Below, in pieces: positions 9,946 through 20,313 of a DNA stretch of 64,000 bases (its first letter is position 1; every line of letters starts with the position of its first letter). A program made the position numbers and the translations under genes. The stretch is from NCBI GenBank assembly GCA_013001685.1, contig JABDMD010000005.1, positions 9,772-73,771 on the forward strand. The letters run 5' to 3'. Under the pieces are notes generated by a model. It was not told where the DNA came from and ran no database searches. It saw nothing but the letters and a program-made list of their open reading frames with translations. Source of the stretch: Gammaproteobacteria bacterium (GTDB taxonomy: Bacteria > Pseudomonadota > Gammaproteobacteria > UBA4575).

Positions 9946-11268
9946 CTACTGATCACCAAACACTGACTTCAATCGATCTAGATAACCAGAATTTTTATCG
10001 TCATCATCATCAAACACAGATGAATTTTCATTCATTGCAGACTCATCCAAAAAGTCATCATCATCAAACCCTACATGACTATCCAATGCTTCTTCTTCAT
10101 CAACCGTATCAGATAAGACTGGTGGTTGTTTACTTCCTTTCGCAGATTTTTTGCTTGGCTCTTCAGTTGGAAACACTAGCTGATCACTGGAATCACTAAC
10201 ACTCTTAACACCACCACCAAAGTTAATTTGCCACTCAAGATTGCCACGAGAATCAGCATTTCCTAAGGCATCATCGAGCGAAATTCTTTCACTCTTATAT
10301 AAGTCGTAAAGTGATTGGTCAAAGGTTTGCATGCCAGAGGCAGCACCTTTTTCCATAATAGGTTTTATCTCACTCACACTACCGCGTTTAATTAGTTCTG
10401 AAATATAAGGTGTGTTAATCAACACTTCTACTGCTGGAACACGTCCACCTTCAACATCTGGAATCAATCGTTGCGCTACAATACCACGTAAGTTCAATGA
10501 CAAATCCATTAAGATTTGAGACTTTCCTTCTGGTGGGAAAAAATTAACGATGCGATCTAATGCTTGGTTGGCATTCACCGCGTGCAAAGTGGTTAAACAT
10601 AAATGACCCGTATCGGCATAGGTAATTGCAGCTTCCATAGTTTGTTTATCACGCACCTCACCAATCATTATTAGATCAGGTGCTTCACGCATGGCTTCAC
10701 GCAACGCGTTTTCATATGAAAGTGTATCTAGTCCTACTTCACGCTGGCCTATAATAGATTTTTTATGGCTGAAAGCATATTCGATGGGATCTTCAATAGT
10801 AAGAATGTGACCAGTCTGCTCAACGTTACGATGCTCAATCATCGAAGCCAGTGAAGTTGATTTACCAGAACCGGTAGAACCCACCATTAGCACCAAACCA
10901 TTTTTTTGCAATACTAATTTTTTAAGTATTGGTGGTAAACCAAGATCTTCTAGTTCAGGAATGTCACCTTTAATGTAACGAATCACCATGGAGATTTCGC
11001 CACGCTGATAATAAGCATTTACACGGAAACGCCCTGCACCTGCGACTGAAATTCCAAGGTTCATCTCCTTAGTCATTTCAAATTCTCTGATCTGCTGATC
11101 ATCCATGATGCTGTAGGCAATTTTCTTTACCACGCCTGGCTCAAGAACATTCCTACTTACACGTCGCGTAACACCTTCAACTTTTGTGCACACTGGTGCA
11201 CCTGTTGTAAAAAACAGGTCAGAAGCATTTTGCTCCACCATCAGCTTTAGATAAGGATCTATATTCAT
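9946..11268 (-). CDS. PilT/PilU-family type IV pilus retraction ATPase, third paralogue, with an acidic C-terminal tail of about 90 aa
   Basis: Walker A GSTGSGKST, Asp box, Walker B and His box of the PilT family. The C-terminus is rich in D/E/S (DDDDFLDESAMNENSSVFDDDDD). Confidence 0.8.
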   Translation of the reverse strand: MNIDPYLKLMVEQNASDLFFTTGAPVCTKVEGVTRRVSRNVLEPGVVKKIAYSIMDDQQIREFEMTKEMNLGISVAGAGRFRVNAYYQRGEISMVIRYIKGDIPELEDLGLPPILKKLVLQKNGLVLMVGSTGSGKSTSLASMIEHRNVEQTGHILTIEDPIEYAFSHKKSIIGQREVGLDTLSYENALREAMREAPDLIMIGEVRDKQTMEAAITYADTGHLCLTTLHAVNANQALDRIVNFFPPEGKSQILMDLSLNLRGIVAQRLIPDVEGGRVPAVEVLINTPYISELIKRGSVSEIKPIMEKGAASGMQTFDQSLYDLYKSERISLDDALGNADSRGNLEWQINFGGGVKSVSDSSDQLVFPTEEPSKKSAKGSKQPPVLSDTVDEEEALDSHVGFDDDDFLDESAMNENSSVFDDDDDKNSGYLDRLKSVFGDQ

Positions 11269-11305
11269 GTAGTGTTATTCAGAATCTGGCTAATATTATA
11301 GCTAC

Positions 11306-12496
11306 TTAACCCAAATTAGCTCGTTTTACTGGTGCGATTAAACCTGCGTCATCGTCGGTTTCTTCTACCATCAAGCCTGCTGTTCCCTCAAGTAGGTCGT
11401 TATCCTTAGCATCCTTACTGTCTAGCTTCAGTCGTAAACGTAAATCATTCACGGAGTCAGCATTACGCAAGCCATCTTCCATGGTGATTAAGCCAGCCTC
11501 AATAAGGTGAAACAAGTGTTGATCAAAAGTCTGCATGCCTAGCTCGTTAGACTTTGCAATTAGTGCCTTCATTTCATGCACATGGCCTTTAAAGATTAGA
11601 TCTGCCATTAAGGGTGTATTCAGCAAAACTTCTACTGCTGGAACACGTCCTTCTTCGTCCTTAATTGGCAATAGTCGTTGAGAAATAACCGACTTTAAGT
11701 TCAACGACAAGTCCATCAATAATTGAGCACGTCGCTCATCGGGGAAAAAGTTAATGATTCGATCCAATGCTTGGTTAGTACTATTAGCGTGCAAGGTAGA
11801 TAAACATAAATGCCCAGTTTCTGCGAAGGCAATTGCATGTTCCATTGTTTTGCGATCACGAATCTCGCCTATCAGAATCACATCTGGCGCCTGACGTAAC
11901 GTATTTTTCAGTGCAATGTCATAATCTTCCGTATCTACACCTACTTCGCGTTGAGTAATGATGCAGTTCTTATGCTTATGTACGAATTCAATGGGGTCCT
12001 CAATAGTTACGATATGTCCAAAGCTATTTTCATTTCGATAACCGACCATGGCAGCAAGTGAAGTTGATTTACCACTGCCTGTACCACCAACGAAAATAAC
12101 CAAGCCGCGCTTGGTCATTGATATATCACGCAATACTGGAGGTAGTTTTAACGATTCAAACTTTGGAATTTCTGAGTTAATTACACGTAATACCATTCCG
12201 GGACTGCCACGTTGCGCAAATGCGTTAACACGAAATCGAGACACATTAGGCAAGCTGATTGCAAAGTTACATTCTTGTGTTTCTTCATACTCTCTAGACT
12301 GTTTGTCATTCATAATTGAACGCACTAACACTTGTACATGACTGGAGGTTAGAGGCTGATTAGTAACTGGCACCATCTTGCCATCAATTTTCATTGAAGG
12401 TGGTGCACCCACTGTTATAAATAAATCTGAGCCACCTTTTGTAAGTAGGTTGCGCAGCAGGTCATGCATGAAGCTTATGGCCTTATCTCTATCCAT
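11306..12496 (-). CDS. pilU: Type IV pilus ATPase PilU
   Basis: 396-aa PilT-family ATPase (GGTGSGKSTSLAAM...). Lies downstream of pilT, as in Pseudomonas. Confidence 0.85.
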   Translation of the reverse strand: MDRDKAISFMHDLLRNLLTKGGSDLFITVGAPPSMKIDGKMVPVTNQPLTSSHVQVLVRSIMNDKQSREYEETQECNFAISLPNVSRFRVNAFAQRGSPGMVLRVINSEIPKFESLKLPPVLRDISMTKRGLVIFVGGTGSGKSTSLAAMVGYRNENSFGHIVTIEDPIEFVHKHKNCIITQREVGVDTEDYDIALKNTLRQAPDVILIGEIRDRKTMEHAIAFAETGHLCLSTLHANSTNQALDRIINFFPDERRAQLLMDLSLNLKSVISQRLLPIKDEEGRVPAVEVLLNTPLMADLIFKGHVHEMKALIAKSNELGMQTFDQHLFHLIEAGLITMEDGLRNADSVNDLRLRLKLDSKDAKDNDLLEGTAGLMVEETDDDAGLIAPVKRANLG

Positions 12497-12548
12497 TGTT
12501 TATTCCTTTAACTACAATCTTTACGAAATTAATTTTAAAAATCTGCTC

Positions 12549-13583
12549 TTAGAAATCGGCTTTATTCTCTGCTTTACGTCGCGCTTCTTCACGAGCAATC
12601 AATCCCTTTTTGAGAATTTCTTGCAAGTTTTGATCCAAAGTTTGCATTCCCACACTGTTTCCTGTTTGTATTGCAGAATACATCTGTGCGACTTTATCTT
12701 CGTTAATTAAGTTACGAATCGCTGGCGTGCCAATTAAAATTTCGTGTGCAGCTACACGACCACCGCCGATCTTACGACATAATGTTTGCGAAATTACTGC
12801 ACGCAATGAGGCTGCTAACATGGAACGTACCATGTCTTTTTCAGCACCAGGGAATACATCGATAATACGGTCAATAGTTTTTGATGCCGAACTAGTATGT
12901 AAAGTACCTAACACTAAGTGGCCAGTCTCTGCAGCTGTAAGTGCGAGTCGAATCGTTTCTAAATCACGTAACTCGCCTACAAGAATCGTATCGGGATCTT
13001 CACGTAATGCTGAACGCAGCGCTTCATTAAAGCCTAAGGTATCGCGATGCACTTCGCGTTGGTTAACCAAGCTCTTTTTACTTTCGTGAACGAATTCGAT
13101 GGGATCTTCAATAGTTAGAATATGGCTGTATTCGTTATCGTTTTTATGATCCATCATCGCAGCCAACGTTGTAGATTTACCTGAACCAGTTGGTCCAGTA
13201 ACTAACACTAAGCCACGTGGGTAACTGGCTATCTCTGAAAATATTTTCGGACAATCTAGATCTTCTAGGGTAAGAATTTTGCTAGGAATCGTTCTGAATA
13301 CTGCACCTGCGCCACGGTTTTGTATAAACGCGTTTACACGAAAACGTGCCAGACCAGGAATTTCAAACGAAAAATCCGTTTCTAAATATTCTTCATAATC
13401 TTTACGCTGTTTATCGTTCATGATGTCATATACCATTTCATGAACTTGTCGATGTTCCATTGCTGGAACATTGATACGTCTAACATCACCATCGACACGA
13501 ATCATCGGCGGTACCCCTGCAGAGAGGTGTAAATCTGAAGCGCCATTTTTAACGCTGAATGCAAGTAACTGCGAAATGTCCAC
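12549..13583 (-). CDS. pilT: Twitching motility ATPase PilT
   Basis: 344 aa with the canonical PilT N-terminus MDISQLLAFSVKNGASDLHLSAG and ATPase motifs. Confidence 0.9.
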   Translation of the reverse strand: MDISQLLAFSVKNGASDLHLSAGVPPMIRVDGDVRRINVPAMEHRQVHEMVYDIMNDKQRKDYEEYLETDFSFEIPGLARFRVNAFIQNRGAGAVFRTIPSKILTLEDLDCPKIFSEIASYPRGLVLVTGPTGSGKSTTLAAMMDHKNDNEYSHILTIEDPIEFVHESKKSLVNQREVHRDTLGFNEALRSALREDPDTILVGELRDLETIRLALTAAETGHLVLGTLHTSSASKTIDRIIDVFPGAEKDMVRSMLAASLRAVISQTLCRKIGGGRVAAHEILIGTPAIRNLINEDKVAQMYSAIQTGNSVGMQTLDQNLQEILKKGLIAREEARRKAENKADF

Positions 13584-13911
13584 GAATACTCCTTTATCTA
13601 GCTCGGTTTATAGATACTCCATGGATTAACCCTACCCACCTCAGTCAGTTAGAGGCGAAATTTGCCCTGGGTTGAGTATCTAATATCGTTAGTGTCGATC
13701 GAATAAGGAGGCCAGGAGTTTGATTCTCGACAAGCCGCTTCATTCATGCGACTAAATGGCCGAATAGCTAGCCATAATACGCTGCACATGCTAAAAAACT
13801 GAGGGTAATTGAGTTACTTATGTGGCATTAGCCGTTAATCTACAGGAGCCCCATAGTCGAAAATTATGAGCAATTTTTACCCAGATTTGAGCATTTAGCC
13901 TTGATAAAAAT

Positions 13912-14646
13912 ATGCCAGAAAATTCAGAACAAATTTCACAAATTAAAGCCAATCTAAACCAGGTCTTAGAAAACCTTCGAATGCTGGAAGAACAATATCA
14001 ACGCCCAGCTAACAGTGTGCAATTACTTGCGGTGAGCAAAACTAAACCGATTGAGGATATATGCACCGCCTACGCCTGTGGACAACATCATTTTGGGGAA
14101 AGCTATGTACAAGAGGCCTTAGAAAAAATTAAAAAGTTGAAAATAGAGCAATCCAATATAAAGATGTCAAAACTATACTGGCACTTTATTGGTCCTATAC
14201 AAAAAAACAAAACCCGCGCGATTACAGAAAATTTTCAGTGGGTACATAGTGTAGAACGATTAGTGATTGCACAACGCCTCAATGATCAACGACCCAGTTC
14301 TTTGCCTCCATTACAAGTATGTATACAAGTAAACATAGATAATGAAGCTTCAAAAGCCGGTGTTATTAGCGAAGATATTCAAAGTCTGGCTGAATACCTA
14401 TCTAAATTAAAGCACATCAAATTACGTGGATTGATGGCAATTCCAAAAGCTAGCAGCGATATTCATCAACAACGAAAATCATTTGCAAATTTGCGCGAAC
14501 AACTTGAACATCTAAATCAAAGTGGCTTTGAACTCGATACATTGTCGATGGGCATGAGTGGTGATCTTGAAGCAGCGATCGCCGAAGGTGCTACTATAGT
14601 ACGAGTCGGTACGGCAATTTTTGGAAAGCGACCCCCTAAAACATGA
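13912..14646 (+). CDS. yggS: YggS family pyridoxal-phosphate homeostasis protein
   Basis: Alanine-racemase-fold PLP protein (LLAVSKTKP). Divergent from pilT, as in Pseudomonas. Confidence 0.85.
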   Translation: MPENSEQISQIKANLNQVLENLRMLEEQYQRPANSVQLLAVSKTKPIEDICTAYACGQHHFGESYVQEALEKIKKLKIEQSNIKMSKLYWHFIGPIQKNKTRAITENFQWVHSVERLVIAQRLNDQRPSSLPPLQVCIQVNIDNEASKAGVISEDIQSLAEYLSKLKHIKLRGLMAIPKASSDIHQQRKSFANLREQLEHLNQSGFELDTLSMGMSGDLEAAIAEGATIVRVGTAIFGKRPPKT

Positions 14647-14675
14647 AATTAAAAACTAATTAAATAAACCAAGCT

Positions 14676-15500
14676 ATGCAAAACCTTAATATCGTATTTA
14701 TCGGTGGCGGCAATATGGGCCAGGCTCTCGTAACCGGTTTGCTGGATAGTGACTGGAATGCAGACAGCATAACCATTGTCGATAACGATCAAGCTATTTT
14801 AAGTAAGCTAAGTGAAAAGTTTTCTAATTGCCATGTTTATTCACAATCAGAAGCTGCGCTTAATCTTGCTGATGTGGTTGTCTTAGCGGTTAAGCCACAA
14901 GCTATGCAAACTGCTTGCGAGCAAATAGCCGCACAGTGCCAGATCAAACGCCCTTTGATCATATCTATCGCTGCCGGTGTACTTATAAATAGTATCGACT
15001 CTTGGCTGGGAGGTGAATTACCAATTATTCGCTGCATGCCAAACACCCCCGCATTAGTACAATCAGGCATTACTGGTTTATATGCCAATACTGAAGTAAG
15101 TGCAAAACAGCGTGAACTTGCTTTTGAAATCCTCAGTAGTGTGGGCACAGCACTTTGGCTAGAATATGAATCTTTACTAGATGCAGTCACCGCAGTATCT
15201 GGTAGTGGGCCAGCCTATTTCTTTTATTTAATTGAAGCGATGATGGACGCTGGGAAGAGTTTAGGCTTAAACGAGACTCAAGCACGTGAATTAACTGTCG
15301 CTACGGCAACAGGAGCAGCAAAGTTAATAGCTAAAAGTGACCAATCTGCTCAAGCACTACGTCTTGCAGTAACATCTAAAGGTGGAACTACCGAAGCTGC
15401 GATTAACACTTTACAACAATACGATATGAAAAAGATCATTGAAACGGCAATTAAAAATGCAGCAACAAGATCTCAGCAGCTTTCTAACACCAACGAATAA
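14676..15500 (+). CDS. proC: Pyrroline-5-carboxylate reductase
   Basis: FIGGGNMGQAL Rossmann motif and the ProC C-terminal domain. Confidence 0.9.
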   Translation: MQNLNIVFIGGGNMGQALVTGLLDSDWNADSITIVDNDQAILSKLSEKFSNCHVYSQSEAALNLADVVVLAVKPQAMQTACEQIAAQCQIKRPLIISIAAGVLINSIDSWLGGELPIIRCMPNTPALVQSGITGLYANTEVSAKQRELAFEILSSVGTALWLEYESLLDAVTAVSGSGPAYFFYLIEAMMDAGKSLGLNETQARELTVATATGAAKLIAKSDQSAQALRLAVTSKGGTTEAAINTLQQYDMKKIIETAIKNAATRSQQLSNTNE

Positions 15501-15506
15501 CAAACC

Positions 15507-16073
15507 ATGAATGCATTATTAGATGTCATAAATTACTTATTCCACATCGTTGTTACTTTATATATTTACGCTGTGATTATCCGCATGTTACTAGGTTTAA
15601 CTCGTGCTGACTTTTACAATCCTTTTTCACAATTTATCTTAACGATCACAAATCCTATACTTACACCACTGCGCAAATTCATTCCAAGCATAGGCAAAGT
15701 AGACTCTTCTGCAATAGCATTAATTTTTATTCTAAAATTTGCAGAATTAGCAATAAACAATCTTCTAGTAGGTAAAGGAGCAATATCAGGTTCACTAGTT
15801 ATCCCAGTAATATTTAGTTTAGCCAACCAACTGATAAATATTTACTTATTAGCAATTTTTATATTAGTTGTTATCAGCTGGCTTGCTCCCTTTTTACAAG
15901 GCCAAAGTAACCCAATTGCTTCTGTTTTACACTCCATAACTGCGCCAATTATGGATCCTGTTCGAAAACTTATCCCTCCTGTAGGTATTTTTGACCTTTC
16001 TACATTTGTTGTATTTCTAGCGTTGTTAGCTTTAAAAAGGTTTTTGTGGCACCTCCATTACATGCCCATCTAA
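15507..16073 (+). CDS. yggT: YggT family membrane protein
   Basis: Two YGGT repeats in a polytopic membrane protein. Lies after proC. Confidence 0.75.
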   Translation: MNALLDVINYLFHIVVTLYIYAVIIRMLLGLTRADFYNPFSQFILTITNPILTPLRKFIPSIGKVDSSAIALIFILKFAELAINNLLVGKGAISGSLVIPVIFSLANQLINIYLLAIFILVVISWLAPFLQGQSNPIASVLHSITAPIMDPVRKLIPPVGIFDLSTFVVFLALLALKRFLWHLHYMPI

Positions 16074-16148
16074 TTCAATAATCGATTGCGGTGGGTGTAA
16101 GCTCTTATTACACTCCATGCCCAATAACAATTCATTTGTAGTTTAAAC

Positions 16149-17282
16149 GTGCCAGAAACATTTGCCCCAGATTCAGTTGGTCTCGTAGAGACGCAATATT
16201 TAACTGTCAAGAATTCCTTACAGCTTGATTGTGGTCGCTCATTAGCAGACTTCACGCTCGCATATGAGACCTATGGCGAACTGAACGCAGACAAAAGTAA
16301 CGCCCTGCTAATTTGTCATGCACTTTCTGGTGATCAACACGTTGCTGGATACAATAGTGTAGATGATCGTAAACCTGGATGGTGGGATAACTGCATCGGT
16401 CCCGGCAAACCATTTGATACCAGTCGTTTCTTCATAGTTTGCCCAAATAATCTAGGCGGCTGTAAAGGTAGCAGCGGGCCGAACACTATCAATCCCGAAA
16501 CTGGTAAACCTTATGGCCCTGATTTTCCATTACTCACCGTACATGACTGGGTAATTAGCCAAGGCTATCTTGCAGATGAACTAGGCATCCAGCAATGGGC
16601 AGCAGTAATTGGCGGTAGCCTTGGTGGCATGCAAGTTATGCAATGGGCGATCGATTACCCAGATCGTTTACGTCACGCTTTAGTGATTGCTGCGACGCCA
16701 AAACTTACTGCACAAAACATTGCTTTCAATGAAGTGGCACGCCAAGCAATTTTTTCTGATCCAGATTTTCATGCTGGACGATTCTACGAACACAATACCA
16801 TTCCGCGCCAAGGTTTAATGCTTGCGCGCATGCTAGGTCACATCACTTATTTATCTGATGATGCTATGCGCGAAAAATTTGGCCGAGACTTGCGTGAAGG
16901 TAAACTTAATTTTGGTTTTGATGTTGAATTTCAAGTAGAAAGTTATTTGCGGTATCAAGGTAAATCTTTTGTAGATCGATTTGATGCCAACACTTATTTG
17001 TTGATGACTAAAGTTTTAGACTACTTTGATCCTGCATTGCAATTCAACAACAACTTGCCACGAGCATTTGATGATACCAATGCAAATTTTCTAGTTATTT
17101 CATTTACAGGTGACTGGAGATTTACGCCTGCACGCTCACGCGAAATTGTACGAGCCTTGGTTGTGGCAGATAAAAAAGTGAGTTACGCAGAAATTGATGC
17201 CGAACTTGGGCATGATGCATTTCTTACCCCTATACCTGAATACCATGGCGTTCTTAATGCCTACATGGATAACATAGAGTAG
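16149..17282 (+). CDS. metX: Homoserine O-acyltransferase MetX
   Basis: Alpha/beta-hydrolase with the GGSLGGMQ nucleophile motif. GTG start. Followed by metW. Confidence 0.9.
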   Translation: MPETFAPDSVGLVETQYLTVKNSLQLDCGRSLADFTLAYETYGELNADKSNALLICHALSGDQHVAGYNSVDDRKPGWWDNCIGPGKPFDTSRFFIVCPNNLGGCKGSSGPNTINPETGKPYGPDFPLLTVHDWVISQGYLADELGIQQWAAVIGGSLGGMQVMQWAIDYPDRLRHALVIAATPKLTAQNIAFNEVARQAIFSDPDFHAGRFYEHNTIPRQGLMLARMLGHITYLSDDAMREKFGRDLREGKLNFGFDVEFQVESYLRYQGKSFVDRFDANTYLLMTKVLDYFDPALQFNNNLPRAFDDTNANFLVISFTGDWRFTPARSREIVRALVVADKKVSYAEIDAELGHDAFLTPIPEYHGVLNAYMDNIE

Positions 17283-17286
17283 TTCC

Positions 17287-17916
17287 ATGAGCGATAGTTT
17301 TTTAAACAATAAATTAAGGCCAGACTTAGATCTTATTTGTGAATGGATAAAACCTGATACACGTATTCTTGATTTAGGTTGCGGTGACGGTGCTCTACTG
17401 AACCATTTGCATAAAACTCGCAACGTTACCGGTTATGGATTAGAAATTGATCATACAAATATTATTAAATGTGTCGTCAAGGGTGTACAAGTAATCCAAA
17501 CTAACTTAGATGAAGGCATTACAGAATTTTTTGATGAAAATTCTTTTGACTATGTTGTGATGACTCAAACTCTTCAAGCTATCCAACATCCTGAAAAATT
17601 ATTAACACAAATGATGCGCATAGGAAAAGAAGGTATTGTAACGTTTCCAAACATGGCTTTTTGGAAAAATCGGATTCAATTAGCGCTTGGGGGACATATG
17701 CCAGTTACACGTACATTGCCTGATAATTGGCACGATACTCCAAATATACATCTATGCTCATTGCAAGATTTTGAAGCGCTATGTAATAGCAATGGTATAA
17801 AAATTATACAACGCGCTGCAGTAGATCATGCCCATCGATATAGCATAGGTAGCAAACTTTTTCCTAATTTGCTTGGTGAAATTGCCATCTATCGATTTTG
17901 CAAAAACTCAGTCTGA
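17287..17916 (+). CDS. metW: Methionine biosynthesis protein MetW
   Basis: Methyltransferase-like LDLGCGDGALL motif. Conserved metX-metW pair. Confidence 0.9.
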   Translation: MSDSFLNNKLRPDLDLICEWIKPDTRILDLGCGDGALLNHLHKTRNVTGYGLEIDHTNIIKCVVKGVQVIQTNLDEGITEFFDENSFDYVVMTQTLQAIQHPEKLLTQMMRIGKEGIVTFPNMAFWKNRIQLALGGHMPVTRTLPDNWHDTPNIHLCSLQDFEALCNSNGIKIIQRAAVDHAHRYSIGSKLFPNLLGEIAIYRFCKNSV

Positions 17917-18089
17917 GCTTCTTTACTCAAGTTCTTCCATTGAAATATTTCATTCAATATTTCTAGAATATAAAAAAATGCTAACTTCCTCGCACTTTTT
18001 CTACTATTGCTATTGTATTTCTATTCAGAGTGTTTGATCATACCGCCGCACTTAATTAATTGTTCATTATCGATTTAGAGGAATTATGC

Positions 18090-18419
18090 ATGGCAGCTAC
18101 AAAAAGCACATCTGTTAAAAAACCACCTACAAAATCAGAAATCCTAAACAGCATTGCTGCTGATACAGATCTTTCTAGAAAAGAAGTTGCATCAGTTTTA
18201 GAGTCTCTTGAGGGTTTAATCTCCAAAGAACTTAAGCCACGTGGCGCTGGTTATTTTAATCTTCCAGGCTTACTTAAGATTAAAGTTGTTAAGAAACCTG
18301 CAAGAAAAGCACGTAAAGGAATCAATCCATTCACTGGCGAAGAAATGATGTTTAAAGCAAAACCTGCAAGCAAAGGTATTAAAGTACTTCCGCTTAAAGG
18401 TCTAAAAAGCATGGTATAA
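18090..18419 (+). CDS. HU family DNA-binding protein with a Lys-rich N-terminal extension
   Basis: HU/IHF fold motifs (GFGxF-type arm: NPFTGEEMMFKAKP). The start is taken at the internal Met MAATKS. Confidence 0.7.
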   Translation: MAATKSTSVKKPPTKSEILNSIAADTDLSRKEVASVLESLEGLISKELKPRGAGYFNLPGLLKIKVVKKPARKARKGINPFTGEEMMFKAKPASKGIKVLPLKGLKSMV

Positions 18420-18427
18420 ACATATCA

Positions 18428-18462
18428 AGGGTGTCTATATTAATTTAGACACCCTTTATTAA
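18428..18462 (+). terminator. Rho-independent terminator after the HU-like gene
   Basis: aagggtgtct-(10 nt)-agacaccctt stem-loop followed by ttatt. Confidence 0.55.
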
Positions 18463-18518
18463 TCTCGCCCTTAATTTATCATTTTTATAGTTCATCGCTT
18501 ATCAATTTTATTTTTTAA

Positions 18519-18971
18519 CTAAACTTCTGTAATTTTAAGTTTAGTTTGAATAAAAATACTGTGCGGAATGTATAGCAAGTCTGCGATTTTTCGTAACTGA
18601 TATTCTTCATACTTATCGAGCTTGCCATCTGCATAGGCCACGCGCCACAAATTTTCTAGTAATAATTTTTTTTCGTCGGCAGAACACCTATCGTTGATAA
18701 TTTTTACAAACGGGTGAATAGATACATGGCTATCTTGCTCAGTTCTAGCTAACTCAATGAGACTGTCTGCTTCTTGTTTTGAGAAATCAAACCTTGCAAT
18801 TAATGAATTTGCAATCGACTCTAACTCTTCATCTTGAATATCAAAATCTGCACGACTAACTTCTAATAACAATGCAGCTGAAGCCAAGTGCATAACTTGT
18901 TGTTCATCAATAACTACATCACTATCTTTACGAAATTTTTCATGAACTAAATTAGAAATGGATTTGAACAT
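18519..18971 (-). CDS. TerB family (tellurite-resistance / DjlA-N-terminal-like) protein
   Basis: Pattern ...LLLEVSRADFDIQDEELESI...LWRVAYADGKLDKYEEYQLRKIADLL, typical of the TerB domain. Confidence 0.6.
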   Translation of the reverse strand: MFKSISNLVHEKFRKDSDVVIDEQQVMHLASAALLLEVSRADFDIQDEELESIANSLIARFDFSKQEADSLIELARTEQDSHVSIHPFVKIINDRCSADEKKLLLENLWRVAYADGKLDKYEEYQLRKIADLLYIPHSIFIQTKLKITEV

Positions 18972-18973
18972 AG

Positions 18974-19285
18974 TTAATTATTAATCTGGTAGTTTTGATA
19001 TGCTCCATCCTCAAAACTATCAAAAAAGTCTTCGGTTAAAGGATGCGTAATTGGCTCTGAACTAGCATCCACATCTAGATGTCTTTCTGCCACATAAGTT
19101 GTCATTAACTGCCCATCAACTAAAACATGATACCAAGGCTTATCTTTTGGTGGCTTAGATTTTGCCACCTTTTCATACCATTCTTCAGTGCCGGTATATT
19201 CAGCATCGACATCATAAATTACACCGCGATAATTAAATTTCTTATGCACGATGAGCTGTCCAATTGAAAACTGTGCTTGTTGCAT
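18974..19285 (-). CDS. hspQ: Heat shock protein HspQ (YccV-like hemimethylated DNA-binding domain)
   Basis: FSIGQLIVHKKFNYRGVIYDVD, the HspQ signature. Confidence 0.7.
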   Translation of the reverse strand: MQQAQFSIGQLIVHKKFNYRGVIYDVDAEYTGTEEWYEKVAKSKPPKDKPWYHVLVDGQLMTTYVAERHLDVDASSEPITHPLTEDFFDSFEDGAYQNYQINN

Positions 19286-19455
19286 AAGGGTGACTCCTTA
19301 AAAATTAAATTTGTCATAAAAACTAAGGTGATTTTACGCTATCTATGTCAAGTACGCATAAAAGATCAATGGTATATTCAGCATAATCTGCTAGGCTATA
19401 GCTGATTACTATTTATACCACTCTATAAATATCTAACGCGAATGCTGGTTATTTA

Positions 19456-19755
19456 ATGACTACTAGAACTAAGGAACAACGGATTTTAGTTGTTATGCGT
19501 AAGCTGCTAGCACAGATTGTAAAAGACACAACTCCTGGCCCTGGTATGCGTCACCCATTAAATGAACAAACAATAAAAGATATCCGTGATTGTTTTGGAC
19601 TCATTTCCGCAAGGGAACGCGAGCTTTCAGAACAAGCTGGAATTGAAAATAAAGATCGGCCACGTTATATAGATGAACCTAAAACCTCTACAGTAATTGA
19701 ATTCAAAGCTCCTCATAAGGCAAAAATCACCAAGAAACCAACAAACGACGATTAA
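19456..19755 (+). CDS. Conserved hypothetical protein (99 aa)
   Basis: ORF with a plausible start. No family recognised. Confidence 0.35.
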   Translation: MTTRTKEQRILVVMRKLLAQIVKDTTPGPGMRHPLNEQTIKDIRDCFGLISARERELSEQAGIENKDRPRYIDEPKTSTVIEFKAPHKAKITKKPTNDD

Positions 19756-19794
19756 AAACTTACTCTTACTTTAGTATTCTTTAGCCTTTACAAA

Positions 19795-20190
19795 ATGTCT
19801 TTCTCCTCACCGCAACATCAGGTCGAAATTACACGGCATATCATGCGTGTTTTAGACGAATGGGAACTACCAGGCAAAGATATAATTAAACTCTTGAAAT
19901 TACCTAGCAAAGTACGCTTACGTAATTTAGATCGCTTTCGTGATGGTGAGGCTTTTCCGGAATCACAGCAAACCTTAGAATGCATAGAACATATTGCAGG
20001 AATAGCCGATGCACTACGCACAAGTTTCCCACGCAATGCGCATATGGGTATTCTATGGATGCATACACCGCACCGCCGCTTTCAAAATCAACCACCTTTA
20101 ACTGTCTTATCAGAACAAGGATTAAAAGGCTTGCGAATGGTGCGCTCTGAATTGGATTGTGCATTCTCCTGGGACGACTCACTTAAATAA
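19795..20190 (+). CDS. Conserved hypothetical protein (131 aa)
   Basis: ORF 40 bp after the previous gene. The C-terminal region (W...TP...L..L) is weakly reminiscent of the Xre/MbcA/ParS toxin-binding domain DUF2384. Confidence 0.35.
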   Translation: MSFSSPQHQVEITRHIMRVLDEWELPGKDIIKLLKLPSKVRLRNLDRFRDGEAFPESQQTLECIEHIAGIADALRTSFPRNAHMGILWMHTPHRRFQNQPPLTVLSEQGLKGLRMVRSELDCAFSWDDSLK

Positions 20191-20313
20191 CTGTGAATAA
20201 TTCAACAAGCTCCAGGTAAGTATTTGCAGCCACATAAATATTTTAAGTTATATTCCCTCTATGCACTAGCGCGTTTATACTACCAACCTCACTCAACAAA
20301 TTAGCAGATTGAA

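Noticed and set aside
13690-13730. tRNA-like 3' fragment (ggagtttgattctcg)
   Set aside because: It resembles a T-arm only loosely. There is no acceptor stem, anticodon arm or CCA context. It is probably coincidence in a promoter region.
19456-20190. Type II toxin-antitoxin pair
   Set aside because: The second protein only weakly resembles a DUF2384 antitoxin. No RES or other toxin domain is evident in either ORF.
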